From positions 54,560,001 through 54,624,000 of the forward strand of contig OZ024749.1 of the NCBI GenBank assembly GCA_964016885.1: DNA of 64,000 nt. Direction: 5' to 3'. Shown one piece after another: positions 28,927 to 41,240 of this stretch. The stretch is from Eledone cirrhosa. Lineage: Eukaryota. A program made the position numbers and the translations under genes. The notes under the pieces are model-generated. The model searched no databases. It had not been told where the DNA came from and saw nothing but the letters and a program-made list of their open reading frames with translations. Numbering within the stretch: the stretch's first letter is position 1; the number at the start of each line of letters is the position of its first letter.

Positions 28927-31420
28927 TCATCATCAACGTTTAACGTCCGTGTTCCACGCTTGCATGGGTTTGGACGGGGGTATTCCCACTTGAGGCAAGA
29001 GTGATTGTCTTGCTCGCATAGGACTGTCTGGCAGGTTTTCTACAGTTGGATGCCCTTCCTAACACCAACCACATTTACAGTGTGGGTCTGGGAGGTTTTT
29101 ACTGTGTTGCCTACACGGCCACATTACAGCGTGGACTGTGTGTTTTTTGTCGTGACACCTACACGATCTCATTTGTTTCGGCCTGGATGGCGTGGCACCA
29201 ACATAACTTTACATAGAAGGGGGTGGTGTGGATGGGGGGGGGGGGGGTATTTTGTTAGAGATGCCTACTGGCTGTAGTAGGTTTTACTATGTATTTAGGT
29301 AAGGCGGGTCTTCTCTGTTACTGAGTACCGCCAAAGGTCTCGGTCCAGTGACATTGTCTTGGAGAGGTGTAAGTGTGTGAGGTCGGAGTTTATCAGCTCG
29401 TCCCAGGTTTTTCTAGGTCTGCCTATTCCGTGGCTACCGTCTATCTTTATTGCCCTGACCTTTGTTATACAGCTATTGACTTTCATGCACATCACGTGTC
29501 CATACCAACATAGCCTTCTCTCGAGTAAACAACATCTGATCCCTCTTATTTCTAATTTTTTCCTTAGTTCGTTTATGCTTTGCCGTTCACGTATATTACT
29601 GTTACACATCCAGCGGAGCATGCAAGCTTCGTTCCTCTCTAGTCTGCGTATATCCTCTGCACACAATGCCCAGGTCTCACTGCCATGCAACATTGCTGTT
29701 TGTATGCAGGCATCATACAACCTGCCTTTCATTTTTAGGGAGAACCCTTTAGCAGCTAATAGTGGTATAAGCTCTCTGAACTTTTTCCATCCAGTTCTGA
29801 CTCTAGCTACTGTACTTTCAGAGCACCCTCCCCCACTGCTGATTTTGTCACCCAGGTAACGGAAGCTGTCCACTATTTCTATAGAGCCCTCTGCGCAGTT
29901 GTAAGAGCTAGTATTTTGTGGGCACTTGCTGCTACTTATTGCACCAGAGCACCGGCCACATGTAAAATCTATGTTCTTAGTTAGCTTACCTGTGATCCCA
30001 CTACATCTTTTATGCACCCATACTTTGCATTTGGGACATAAAATGGAGTTTCTGCCTACGCCTTTCCTACACACTGAGCATGGCCATTTCCCAGAAGGGA
30101 CCGCCGCCTTGTTTTCTTTCCTACAAACTAGAACTTTAGTCTTAGCCAGGTTAATTTTAAGGCCTTTTGATTCTAGGCCGTGCTTCCATGTTTGGAATTT
30201 CTTCTCTAGCTCGGTCATTGATTCAGCTATGAGTGTCAGGTCGTCTGCGTATAGGAGTTCCCATGGGCAGCCGGTCTTGAACTCCTCTGTTATAGCCTGA
30301 AGGGCAATAATAAATAGTAGGGGGCTGAGAACAGAGCCCTGATGGACGCCAACTTTTACGCTAAACTCTTCACTATATTCGTTGTTAATTCTAACCTTGC
30401 TGACTGTTTCTTTATACATGGCTTGTATAGCTCTCACAAGCCATTCGTCAACACCTAGTTTTCTAAGAGCCCACCAGATAATGGAACGGGGGACTCTGTC
30501 GAAGGCTTTCTCCAAGTCGACAAAAACTAAGTAGAGGGGTTTACCTTTAGCTAGGTACTTCTCCTGTAGTTGTCGTACAATGAAAAGAGCGTCTGTGGTA
30601 CTTTTGCCTGACACAAACCCGAACTGCATTTCATCTAGGTCAATTCTCTCTCTGATTAGTTGCGCTATTACTTTTTCCGTGACCTTCATGACCTGGTCGA
30701 TTAGTTTAATGCCTCTATAGTTACTCCTATCTAGGGCATCTCCTTTACCCTTATAACAGTTAACGATGATGCTGCTATGCCAGTCCTTTGGAACAACCCC
30801 ATTCTGTACGACTTGGTTAACTATCCGGGTGACCATGGTGTGTCCCACCGTGCCAGATGCCTTCAGCATCTCAGCAACTATTTCCGAAGGCCCAGCCGCC
30901 TTACCCGTCTTCATATCCTTGATTGCCTTACTTATTATACTCCCCTCAACTAACACTGCTGGTCCCTCTATTGGGTCGATGTGGGGGAGACTCTCTTTCT
31001 CCCATTTATTCTCCTCATTTAGTAGCCTTTCATAGTGACACTTCCAAGCTACCTTCTTATCAGCGTCGGTGATGGCAAGTACGCCGTCATCATTAAGTAC
31101 ACACTTCTCCCCGACAATATCACGGTTTTCTTTGACACATTGCCTAGCAATCCTGAACACCTCACGTTTTTGGTCCTCACATGCTTGAACTTTCTTTCCT
31201 CTGCTTCCCTTCTTGCAAAGTACACTTGTCTCCTAGCTTCCCTCCTGGCCACTTGATAGTCTTCTCTACTTCCCCCATCCCGCCATACTTTCCAAGCCTG
31301 CTTTTTGGCCTTAATTGACCCCTCCACCTTACTGTTCCACCACCATGTTACTCTCCTCCTGCCTACAGGTCTGCTCCAGCCACAGACTTTGTCTGTCGCC
31401 ATCAGCAGGTTTGCTTTCAG
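28927..31420 (-). mobile_element. RTE-clade LINE, 5'-truncated, with one frameshift near 31180; RT ORF 29295-31160, 3' UTR and (ATG)n tail
   Basis: RT motifs KGKGD..NYRGIKL, QFGF, FVDLEKAFDRVP, GVHQGSVLSPLLF and LLYADDL; C-terminal RRLCWYGHV and GRPRKTW. Upstream frame 31049-31450 encodes TWWWN..V. Confidence 0.95.
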
Positions 31421-31489
31421 AATGACAATCAATAAAAGTTTATATCTCACATGAAAATATCAAAAATGCCTGACTAATGAGGTCATAAT

Positions 31490-32157
31490 GGTTTCTGATT
31501 TAGGCACAAGGTCAACAATCTACCCCAGTGCCTTACTGGTACTTTATTTTATCAACCCTGTAAGGATGAAACACAAAGCTAACCTCAGCGGGATTTGAAC
31601 TCAGAACGTAAAGAGTCGTAACTATATGCCACAGAGCATGTTGTCCAACGCTTTACCAATACTGCCCTTAATGAGGTCATAATAAGTCTCATGTAAAATA
31701 TGTCTCATGTATATTCCAAAATGATTTAAATAATTGTTTCTACTTTTGGCACAAGGCCAGCAAGTATCCCAGCGCATTACTGGTACTATTATCGACCCCA
31801 TAAGAATGAAAGGCAAAGTTAACCTTGGCGGGATTTGAAGAGGTTAACTTTAAAATATTATTAGTTGATCAGAGAAGCGAGAGAGACCCGACTCTTTGCT
31901 ACGACCATTATAGCAGCTGGCTGTGTTACAGATATTTCTGCATTTGAGATTCCTACAGTTTAGTTTTACAAAATATTAAATAATTGTTTCTACTTTTGGC
32001 ACAAGGCCATCAATTACTGGTACTTTATTTTATCGACCCCGTAAGGATGAAAGGCAAAGTTAACCTCGGCAGGATTTGAACTCAGACCGCAAAGGGACGT
32101 AACTATGCTGGAAAGCATGGCGTCCGACCCTCTACCAATACTGCCAATCCACCGCCC
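31490..32157 (-). mobile_element. Cluster of three Meta-domain SINE copies
   Basis: The CTGGTACTTTATTTTATCGACCCC.TAAGGATGAAAGGCAAAG core occurs three times; the third has AAAATATTAAATAAT on both flanks (TSD). Confidence 0.85.
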
Positions 32158-32204
32158 TTTACAAAATATTAAATAATAAAGTTTAATAAATCCTCACCAC
32201 TTAC

Positions 32205-32261
32205 CTTACAAACCTTTTTAGCATGAGCCCCTGATAAGCTGCCTCCAAATACTGTGAAATC
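32205..32261 (-). CDS. PCCB: PCCB internal exon (57 nt): [19 protein letters not shown]
   Basis: ttttcag / gtaagt splice sites; signature [16 protein letters not shown]. Confidence 0.96.
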
Positions 32262-32614
32262 CTGAAAATAATTAAAAATCAACATTTTGTTATATATGTT
32301 AAATAAGAGGGAGAACGGGGAGAACTACAGTTCTATTGCCAAGGCAATTGACTTCCATTCCCATTATTTATATTACTATCTTCCATCTCATTCACTTGCT
32401 TTAAATAAGAATTTAATACTTTACAATGATTTAAAGGAATGCAACAAACCAGAAGCAGTTTCAAGTGGCTTGGTATCAAAAATTGTTTTAATAAAAGAAA
32501 TATAATTTCTGAAAATATTTAGACACTAATTTCATATTTCCATAGCTACAACATGTTTGATTGCTATTTCTTTACCTAAACAAACCTGAGTTAATAGAAA
32601 CATGAACTACTTAC

Positions 32615-32683
32615 CTGGCTAAATACAAATACTTGTTGGCCAAATATCTTTCCTCTACCTGTAATAACACTGTCACCTGGATA
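32615..32683 (-). CDS. PCCB: PCCB internal exon (69 nt): YPGDSVITGRGKIFGQQVFVFSQ
   Basis: Flanked by ttttcag and gtaagt on the minus strand; phase 0; homologous to [22 protein letters not shown]. Confidence 0.95.
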
Positions 32684-32769
32684 CTGAAAAAAAAAACAGA
32701 GCAATAGTGTTGTTTAAATATAAAATAAAAATTTTATATATGCCTGGTTTTGAATGCATTTATTTATGG

Positions 32770-33103
32770 TCCCATAACTCCTTGGGGAGTCGTGGGGGTG
32801 CCATATTGATATATGATGTTTCTAGGTAATTTTAAAACCTGGTGGAGCCCATCTCCCCCTCTCCAGGTTTGAATACAGCAGTTTTCTTCCAGAGAAGGAA
32901 AGAGAGAGTGACAGAATGGAAGTGAGAAAGAGATATAGAAGAAGAATCAACCCCAGTACTAGACTGGTACTTTCTTTATCGACCTTGAAAGTATGAAAGG
33001 CAAAGTTGACTTCAGCAAGATTTGAACTGAGAGGGCAGAGAGCCAAAATAAATACTGCAAAGCATTCTATCCAACGTTCTAACGACTCTGACAATTTGCT
33101 GCC
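32770..33103 (-). mobile_element. Meta-domain SINE with a long alternative tail (second copy 42200-42525)
   Basis: Same head and core, but the tail AAACCTG...GAGCCCATCTC...CTCCAG...TGAATACAGC is shared only with 42200-42525. Confidence 0.75.
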
Positions 33104-33208
33104 TTTCTGGTTTTGAACAGATACACCATATTACTGCAAAAGGTGCAACAAAAAGCTTGATACCATGAAATAAATGAAAAGTGAATATAACACTGTGAAT
33201 GTTATTAC

Positions 33209-33322
33209 CTTTTCTTTCTCCATTCCAAAGTCAATACAACTATGTTCCAGGAACTGATCATATTCAACAAATGAACCAGGATCAAGTAAAACATGAATTC
33301 TCTGACGTGCTGTTAGTTTGCC
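33209..33322 (-). CDS. PCCB: PCCB internal exon (114 nt): [38 protein letters not shown]
   Basis: Manual translation of the minus strand. Canonical acceptor (..cag) and donor (gtaata). Matches the carboxyltransferase beta-chain motif GKLTARERI.LLD.GSF.E.D.F.EH.C.DFG. Confidence 0.95.
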
Positions 33323-33364
33323 CTGTGGAAGAAATAAAATACATAAAATATGCTAATAGGTAGT

Positions 33365-33620
33365 GGAGATGTGTGGCCTAGTGGTAAGGGTGTTGGACTT
33401 ATCATAATGTCATGGGTTCTATTCCTGGACTGGGTTGTGTGTTGTGTTCTTGAGCAAAACATTTCATTTCATGTTGCTCCAGTGTACTCAGCTGAAAATG
33501 AGTACCAGCAATAGCTGAGGGTTTAACCCAGCAATGGACTGGTGTCCTGTCCAGTGGGGTGTCTTGTGCTTTCAGTCACTTCACACCACAGAAACTGGGA
33601 TAAGCACCAGCCTGGTGGTC
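33365..33620 (+). mobile_element. CORE-type SINE with a different tail; fragments also at 340-530 (-) and 18558-18700 (+)
   Basis: TGGCCTAGTGG, GGTTCTATTCC and TTCTTGAGCAAAACA...CTCAGCTG..AATGAGTAC. Confidence 0.75.
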
Positions 33621-34203
33621 ATTTTTTGTGGGTATCTTGGACTACATTATCTAAAGTGTCGTCATTACTAGTGCTAGACTTACCTATAATCTAAATAAAC
33701 TACAGCTTAGAGCCACACATCCTCCGGGGGGGGGGGGGGGGGTTGCTCATTTTAAAAATATATATTTTATTTTATCATTACTAAATCATCAAAAATTAGG
33801 GCCTCGAATTTGATATAGGTTAGGCCCTGTTCATTACTCTAAAAATAAAGAGAACAAAACAGTTGTTTGTTTGTTTAGGGAGCAAGCTAACAAATTCGGG
33901 AATTGGGATTTGCTAATGTATATGTTCCCACCCTCCCCTTCATCTCCTCTGGGAAATTAGAGGAAAGAATAAAGTAATTTGCTTAACAAATGTTCAATAC
34001 AACAAGAATATTCAATGTATATCGAGACAATGAAGACCCGAAAATACACCAATTTACTGAGCTCAGTAGAAGCAATGATCCCACTTTATCTCTGAATTTC
34101 GTTTTTTCAATTTTCTTTCGTGAATACAAAAAAAAAATTAGGAAAGTAAGTAGACAATAATATATTAATATATTAATATATATATATATATATTAATATA
34201 TAT

Positions 34204-34507
34204 ATATTTATTAAAATAACAGATTAAAGTTTCAGCAAAGAATCGCTGCTTTCACTCTTAACAGGATCTTCTGAAACTAAAACTTCTGCGTTCACAGATT
34301 GACTTTGTTAGTTTCAGAAGATCCCGTTAAGGGTGAAAGCAGCGATTCTTTGCTTAAACTTTAATCTGTTATTTTAATAAATATTTGCTCTACGGTTCTT
34401 ATATATTTGATATATATTTATCCTTATCGAGCCCTCTTTGGATTTTAGTCTTCAAATTTATTATTATTATTACTATATATATATATATCTGTTATTTTAA
34501 TAAATAT
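34204..34507. mobile_element. Foldback element: 77-bp inverted arms (34204-34280/34308-34384, 3 mismatches), unique tail and a short direct repeat of the arm end at ~34487-34507
   Basis: Direct base-by-base comparison; flanked by (TA)n; hammerhead-like CAGAAGA-TCCCGTTAAGGGT-GAAA in the arm. Confidence 0.7.
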
Positions 34508-34869
34508 ATATATATATATATATACATATATAAGTAGAAACCCCTCCACACCAAAAAATGGGATTTAAACTGTGGGGGGGGGGTCTCTGGGCAAGCTCTC
34601 GGTCTACCTGGCTGTGTATCAAAAGATCTTAATTACAATGATGTGGGGGTAGATACTTCATCTAGTGTTTGTTCTTGTCTCACCTTCTTAATATCACGAA
34701 CAATACAACAGATTCTGGGTTCTGGTGCAACAACTATTATAATTAAACATTTATATTAAACATATATACATTTGAATTATCGGTAAAAACTTTAAGGTAA
34801 AAAAATACTAATAAAGTCTAATTTCTGATATAAAGGTCAATACCATAAATAAGAGGTTCATTATGTAAT

Positions 34870-35069
34870 NNNNNNNNNNNNNNNNNNNNNNNNNNNNNNN
34901 NNNNNNNNNNNNNNNNNNNNNNNNNNNNNNNNNNNNNNNNNNNNNNNNNNNNNNNNNNNNNNNNNNNNNNNNNNNNNNNNNNNNNNNNNNNNNNNNNNNN
35001 NNNNNNNNNNNNNNNNNNNNNNNNNNNNNNNNNNNNNNNNNNNNNNNNNNNNNNNNNNNNNNNNNNNNN
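34870..35069. other. Assembly gap (200 N)
   Basis: Run of exactly 200 n, a fixed-size scaffolding spacer. Confidence 0.99.
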
Positions 35070-35103
35070 TATATATATATATATTATATATATATATATA
35101 CAT

Positions 35104-35162
<59 letters not shown>

Positions 35163-35173
35163 AATATATACAT

Positions 35174-35214
<41 letters not shown>

Positions 35215-35265
35215 TATATATATAAATACATACACACACATATATATAAATATATATATAAATAT

Positions 35266-35306
<41 letters not shown>

Positions 35307-35313
35307 TAAATAT

Positions 35314-35362
<49 letters not shown>

Positions 35363-35787
35363 AATATATACATACACACACATATATATATATACTTCTC
35401 AGATAATTACATTACAGGAGTAATAGAATAAGTGTGTGAATCTATTATAAACATAACACAAATTCTTATCTATATTAACGATATTTTCCATTCTTTGCAT
35501 TATCTGATCATTTTCTGGTGAGATCCTCTCTTTTTTTTTTCACATGTCTAAAAGATTTGTGTAGAGAAAGTAAAGAACTGGAGCTTCAATTTAGCAAGAG
35601 ACCATTCCATCTCTTCCAACACAGAATTGCTGTCTTCTAAATAGATTTCATATATACTTGACTTCATATTTTTTTCTTCTTAAACTATTGTTGTGTTCAT
35701 AATTGGAAATATAGTTTATAAGAGGCACCTTTTACCTTGTACTGTCCTGTACTGTCAACTGTGTAGTTCCTCTTATAGTTGCATCCC

Positions 35788-35818
<31 letters not shown>

Positions 35819-35929
35819 CTCACACACACTCACATATACACTCACTCACTTTCTCTCTCTCTTTCATACACACACTAATTCACTCACAGATACACACACA
35901 CACACATACACACACTAATTCACTCACAG

Positions 35930-35980
<51 letters not shown>

Positions 35981-36229
35981 TACATATACATATATATATA
36001 GACTTTGTCTAATTTGTGTATATGTAAATCTTTATATTTGATAATCTCCGATAAGGTTGAGATGCAATTTAGGCAATATTAGGCTGCGCTTTCTAGCAAC
36101 CAGCCCACTCGCCGTAAGGCAGCAATCACATTCTTTTTGACTTGACCACTGCCACGTCACAGTTCTTAGCCATTTTGAATTCGTTTCTGGCGGGGATCAT
36201 TTAAGAAAAATCTTTGTCCAAGTGAGTTT

Positions 36230-36311
36230 GTTTCCTGATGAGTTCGAAGCTCGAGAATTTATCCTTGATGGGATATTTCCGAAAACGAACGAAACCCTAA
36301 AGGGTAGAAAC
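36230..36311 (+). ncRNA. Type I hammerhead ribozyme, complete canonical core
   Basis: Stem I GTTTC (36230-34)/GAAAC (36307-11). Core CTGATGA 36235-41. Stem II GTTCG (36242-46)/CGAAC (36286-90) enclosing a 39-nt partly paired extension. GAAA 36291-94. Stem III CCC-TAAA-GGG plus the A-U pair. Cleavage triplet GUA, cut after 36306. Confidence 0.88.
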
Positions 36312-36605
36312 GTAATCCTGGTATGTTTATATGCGTTTTTTCTTCTAACTTTAATTTTATACCTAATTGTGTATGGTTGACGATATATTTAATCGATTTC
36401 CACGTGCTGTTGAAATGTTGGGTAAATATTCTATAGCTGTTGATCGCGAATAGATGGCTGTCGTTTATTTATCTATTATTTCTTCATAGGTGCCTTTTAA
36501 TCTTATAGCCTGGTTTAATTGTTTTTTTTGTGTGGTTGATTATGCTAATTGGGAGAGGAAATGGTGTATATATGTTATCAAATGATTCTATGGACATAAT
36601 TTATA

Positions 36606-36670
<65 letters not shown>

Positions 36671-37107
36671 GTAGATCTTTAGTTGAAACGGAGGTAACAA
36701 TAGTAATAAGGCACTCAATACATTAGAAGAGTGAGGACATAAATAATTTGTATAGTGTGTGTATTTGAGTTGTTCTCTATAAGTGTGTGAGCGTTCGTGT
36801 CTGTATGTCTGTGTGTGTATGTGAGAAGAGAATGTTCTCTATAAGTGTGTGAGCGGGCGTGTGTATATGTCAGTGCGCTTGTGTATATATCTATATCTGT
36901 ATGTGTGTGTGTGTGTTTACAGAGTAAAAAATAAAACAGAATCGAATAATTACTTATTGCAGTCTGGTACTTATGTTATCTTTAATTATTGATTGGTTGA
37001 TCGATAAATATAGATCGATATAAGAATAGGGTTCGATATAATTGACTAAAACTCTCGAGGAAGATATTCCAGCGTGGCCGTAGCTCATTGAATGAAACCA
37101 ATAATAG

Positions 37108-37140
<33 letters not shown>

Positions 37141-37178
37141 TGGCCTCTACAGGACTAGAACTGTTTCATTCGGAAGAA

Positions 37179-37269
<91 letters not shown>

Positions 37270-37304
37270 TTATATTATTGGTGACTGTGTTACTAACCAG
37301 AAGT

Positions 37305-38960
37305 TGCTGTGGTTGATGAAGATGATGTTGATCTTAGTGATACGTGTAAGGTTGTGTTAATGTTGACTGTTGTAATAGTAGTGGTAGTAGTAGTAGTGGT
37401 GGTAGTAGTAATGGTGGAAGTGGTAGTTGTTGTTGTGGTGGTGGTGGAAGTGGTAGTTGTTGTTGTGGTGGAAGTGGTAGTTGTGAAGATAGAGGGGACT
37501 TCTGTTGTCAGAATAGCAATAATATTGATGATAATAGTGATTGGGATACTAACGCTTGTTGTTGTTGTTGTGATGGTGATGGTGTTGGTGTTGGGGTGGT
37601 TATTAATGTGGTTGGGGGTGGTGGTGATTATTGATGGTGTTGGGGGTGGTGTTTGTATGTTGATGGTGATGGTGATGGTTGTTGGTGTTGGAGGTGGTGG
37701 TATGGTGGTGGTGGTGGTTTTGGTTGGTGTTGTAGTTATTGATATTGTCGTCAAATCGGAGCAGGGTGATAATGGTAGTGATAATGGTTGTGATGGTGGT
37801 AGTGGTGGTGATGGTGGTAGTAGTGGTAGTGATGGTGGTAGAGGTGATAATGGCAGTAGTGGTGGTGGTGGTGGTGGTAGTGGTAGTGGTGATGGTGGTG
37901 GTGGTGGTTGTGGTAGTGGTTGGTGATGGTGGTAATAGTGGTAGTGATGGTGGTAGTGGTGGTAGTGGTAGTAGTAGTAGTGGTGGTGCGAGCTAGTGAA
38001 GCGAATAAAGTGCACAGCTATATTTAGTTGCCTTCCTATTGCAGTTTTGTGCATGTGTCAATACCCGGCCTGTTGTGTAATGTAGCATAGTGAGGGGGGA
38101 GGTGCTGTGGTGTGGGGGTAGGGTTGGAGGGGGTGTGGTTGTGGGGTAGAGTAGGAGGGTGGTTGTGGCTGTTCGGAGCTGTGGCGTGGGTGTAGGGTAG
38201 GAGGTGGTGTGGTCGTGGGTGGGGTAGTCAGTACAGGGGTGGTGGTGGTGGTTTCGGTCTGGTATAGTTGTTTGGGGTAGTGGTTCGGTTGGGTCTCCTA
38301 CAGCACATTGTAGTGGTGGTGGTGTAGTGGTGTGTGGGGTTGTTCGGGGTGGTATAGCGTACTGTGGGGTGGTGCTGGTCTGGTATGGGATAGGGGTGTG
38401 TTGTGTTGGTGGATCTGGTATAGCGTAACGTAGTGGTGGTGGTGGCTTTGGACCGGTGTAGTGATATTTGGTAGTGACGTGTAGGAACTGGTGTGGTGTG
38501 GTGGTTTACTGGTGGTGTTGTGTGGTTGTGTGGTGTGGTGGTGTAATGGTGTTGTGTGGTGTGGTGGTGTAATGATGTTGTGTGGTGTGTTGGTGTGATG
38601 GTGGTGTGGTGTGGTTGTGTGGTGTGGTGGTGTAATGGTGTTGTGTGGTGTGATGGTGTGATGGTGGTGTGGTGTGGTTGTGTGGTGTGGTGGTGTAATG
38701 GTGTTGTGTGGTGTGATGGTGTGATGGTGGTGTGGTGTGGTAGTACTGTGTAACGACGGTGTTTTACGAGAAGGAAGAAAAGCCGGAAGTGTAGAAATAG
38801 AAAAAAAAGCAAGCAAGACAATTCAACAAATGCTGGACGGGTTGAATATCTGAGGTAGTAGTAGTAGTAGTAGTAGTAGTAGTAATGTTAGTAGTGGTAG
38901 TAGTAACAGTGGTGGTGGTGATGGCAATAGTTGTGGTAGTAGTTTTGGTGGTGGTAGTAA
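37305..38960. repeat. G/T-rich trinucleotide-derived low-complexity tract (GGT/GTA/GTG), with a ~57-bp higher-order repeat at 38530-38745
   Basis: Direct reading. Confidence 0.9.
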
Positions 38961-38987
38961 TAGTATTATTATTGATAGTAGTAAATA

Positions 38988-39174
38988 TGGCGGTGGAATG
39001 GCAGTATCGGTAGAGGGTCGGACGCCATGTTTTGCAGCAAAGAGTTAGGGTCCTTTATGATCTGAGTTCAAATCCCGCCGAGGTTAACTTTGCCTTTCAT
39101 CCTTACGGGGATCGATAAAATAAAGTACCACTAATGTACTGGGTAATTGCTGGCCTTGTGCTAAAAGTAGAAAC
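38988..39174 (+). mobile_element. Meta-domain SINE; other copies at 43232-43368 (-), 52249-52470 (-) and 55852-55976 (+)
   Basis: TGGCAGTATCGG A-box-like head, GAGTTCAAATCC and Meta core. Confidence 0.85.
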
Positions 39175-39544
39175 AATTATTATATAGTAGTAATAGTAGT
39201 GGTTGTGGCGGTATAGGGGTGGGGGAGAAGACAGAGATACATCTGAAAGGACGAAGAAGGAATTTATGAGATAAAAAGCCTTTTTCATGATCTCAAGTAG
39301 CCTTAGAATATTTGTAAAGGAACCCTCCTCCTTTCACACAAATTCTCGCACGTATTGTATACTCTAATATATTTCATTTTCTATTACGAGGAAGGTATTC
39401 CAGCATGGCCGTCGCTCATTGATTGAAAAAAAAATAATAGAGTACATATATATGTATATAAGCAAAAATTAAACAGAAATAACGAAGCAAACAACACAGT
39501 ACAATGAAGAAATATATTAGTTTAAAGCTTGATATAGTAGAAAA

Positions 39545-39585
39545 AGAGTCTTAACGTTTTGGACATTAGTCTTTCATCAGAAAAA
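39545..39585 (-). ncRNA. Degenerate minimal hammerhead motif
   Basis: Minus strand reads CTGATGA-AAGAC-TAAT-GTCC-AAAAC-GTT. GAAA appears mutated to AAAA at a CpG. The AACGTT palindromic stem III is typical of Penelope-like minimal hammerheads. Confidence 0.4.
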
Positions 39586-39743
39586 TGTAAGAAAGATAGA
39601 GTTAAAAGAGGAAGGAACGAATATAAAACATTTTTGAGAAATGTATGATAAAGTTGTATCTATATAAATACAGAGTGTGTAACCGAGACTGCACCAGCGT
39701 GTATATCTATATATACATATATAATTTGTATTTGTATATATTA

Positions 39744-39817
<74 letters not shown>

Positions 39818-40170
39818 CAATACAACACACTCACACACACACATATCAATACAAAACACTCACATATATATATATATCAATACAACACCCACACACACAT
39901 ATATCAATACAACACCCACACACACATATATCAATACAACACCCACACACACATATATCAATACAACACACACATTTGGTAAGAATGTTACATAAGAGCG
40001 CCTCGTTTGATCTTCGTAATCAAAGCGATTCAATAATAGGCAATCAGTCCAACTGACCTTCGGCAAGAAAATACACAATCTCTCTCTTTATATCGAACAG
40101 TTAAATATGCAACTTCGATTTGTACATGTGAGTCTTGATGGATTCGATAGTTAGATGAAAACACATTCCC

Positions 40171-40194
40171 ATATCTATCTATCTATCTATCTAA

Positions 40195-40242
<48 letters not shown>

Positions 40243-40249
40243 TGATCTG

Positions 40250-40286
<37 letters not shown>

Positions 40287-40323
40287 TGATCTGTCTATCT
40301 ATCTTTTTATCCATCCAGCTAAA

Positions 40324-40407
<84 letters not shown>

Positions 40408-40500
40408 GGTCTGTCTGTCTGTCTGTCTGTCTGACTATCTATTGATCTGTCTATCTATCTTTTTATCCATCCAGCTAAATATCTATCAATTTATCTATCT
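40171..40500. repeat. (TATC)n microsatellite
   Basis: Direct reading. Confidence 0.95.
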
Positions 40501-40534
40501 GTATATATGTGTGTGTATGTCCGCATGTGCTTGT

Positions 40535-40570
<36 letters not shown>

Positions 40571-40677
40571 GCGAATGTTATTATATATATGTGTACTACA
40601 TAGTCTACTACCCAAGAAAATTCAACTGATAAGGTATGATTTCCTTGGCTATGTCAACATTTATGAAACACTCTTTG

Positions 40678-40740
40678 TATTTTATCTGATGAAAGCGTAC
40701 CAAAGTTATTTGGTACCCTTGAAATATATATAATAGAATA
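40678..40740 (+). ncRNA. Type I hammerhead ribozyme with minimal palindromic stem III
   Basis: Stem I TATTTTAT/ATAGAATA (one G-U). CTGATGA 40686-92. Stem II AAGcGTACCAAA-GTTA-TTTGGTACcCTT (one C-C mismatch). GAAA 40721-24. Two-bp stem III with ATAT loop. AUA triplet 40730-32. Confidence 0.7.
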
Positions 40741-40872
40741 AATATGGTTTTATAAATATAGTTTCCATTTATTTAATATCATTGAATATTTACTCCAGAA
40801 ACTTGTCGAGTGCTCTGAATCAGTTATAAACATTTATATTTGTTGTATTTCCAACTAAATATCCCTTCTACT

Positions 40873-40907
<35 letters not shown>

Positions 40908-40923
40908 TATATATATAATATAT

Positions 40924-40970
<47 letters not shown>

Positions 40971-41092
40971 TATATATATAATATATATATATATATAATA
41001 TATATATATATATAATATATATATATATATAATATATATATATATATAATATATATATATATAATATATATATATATATATAATATATATAT

Positions 41093-41240
<148 letters not shown>

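Noticed and set aside
36162-36320. 53-codon open frame with cacag / gtatgt flanks, a possible plus-strand exon
   Set aside because: No recognisable homology or partner exons. The sequence is better explained by the complete hammerhead it contains, although overlap cannot be excluded.
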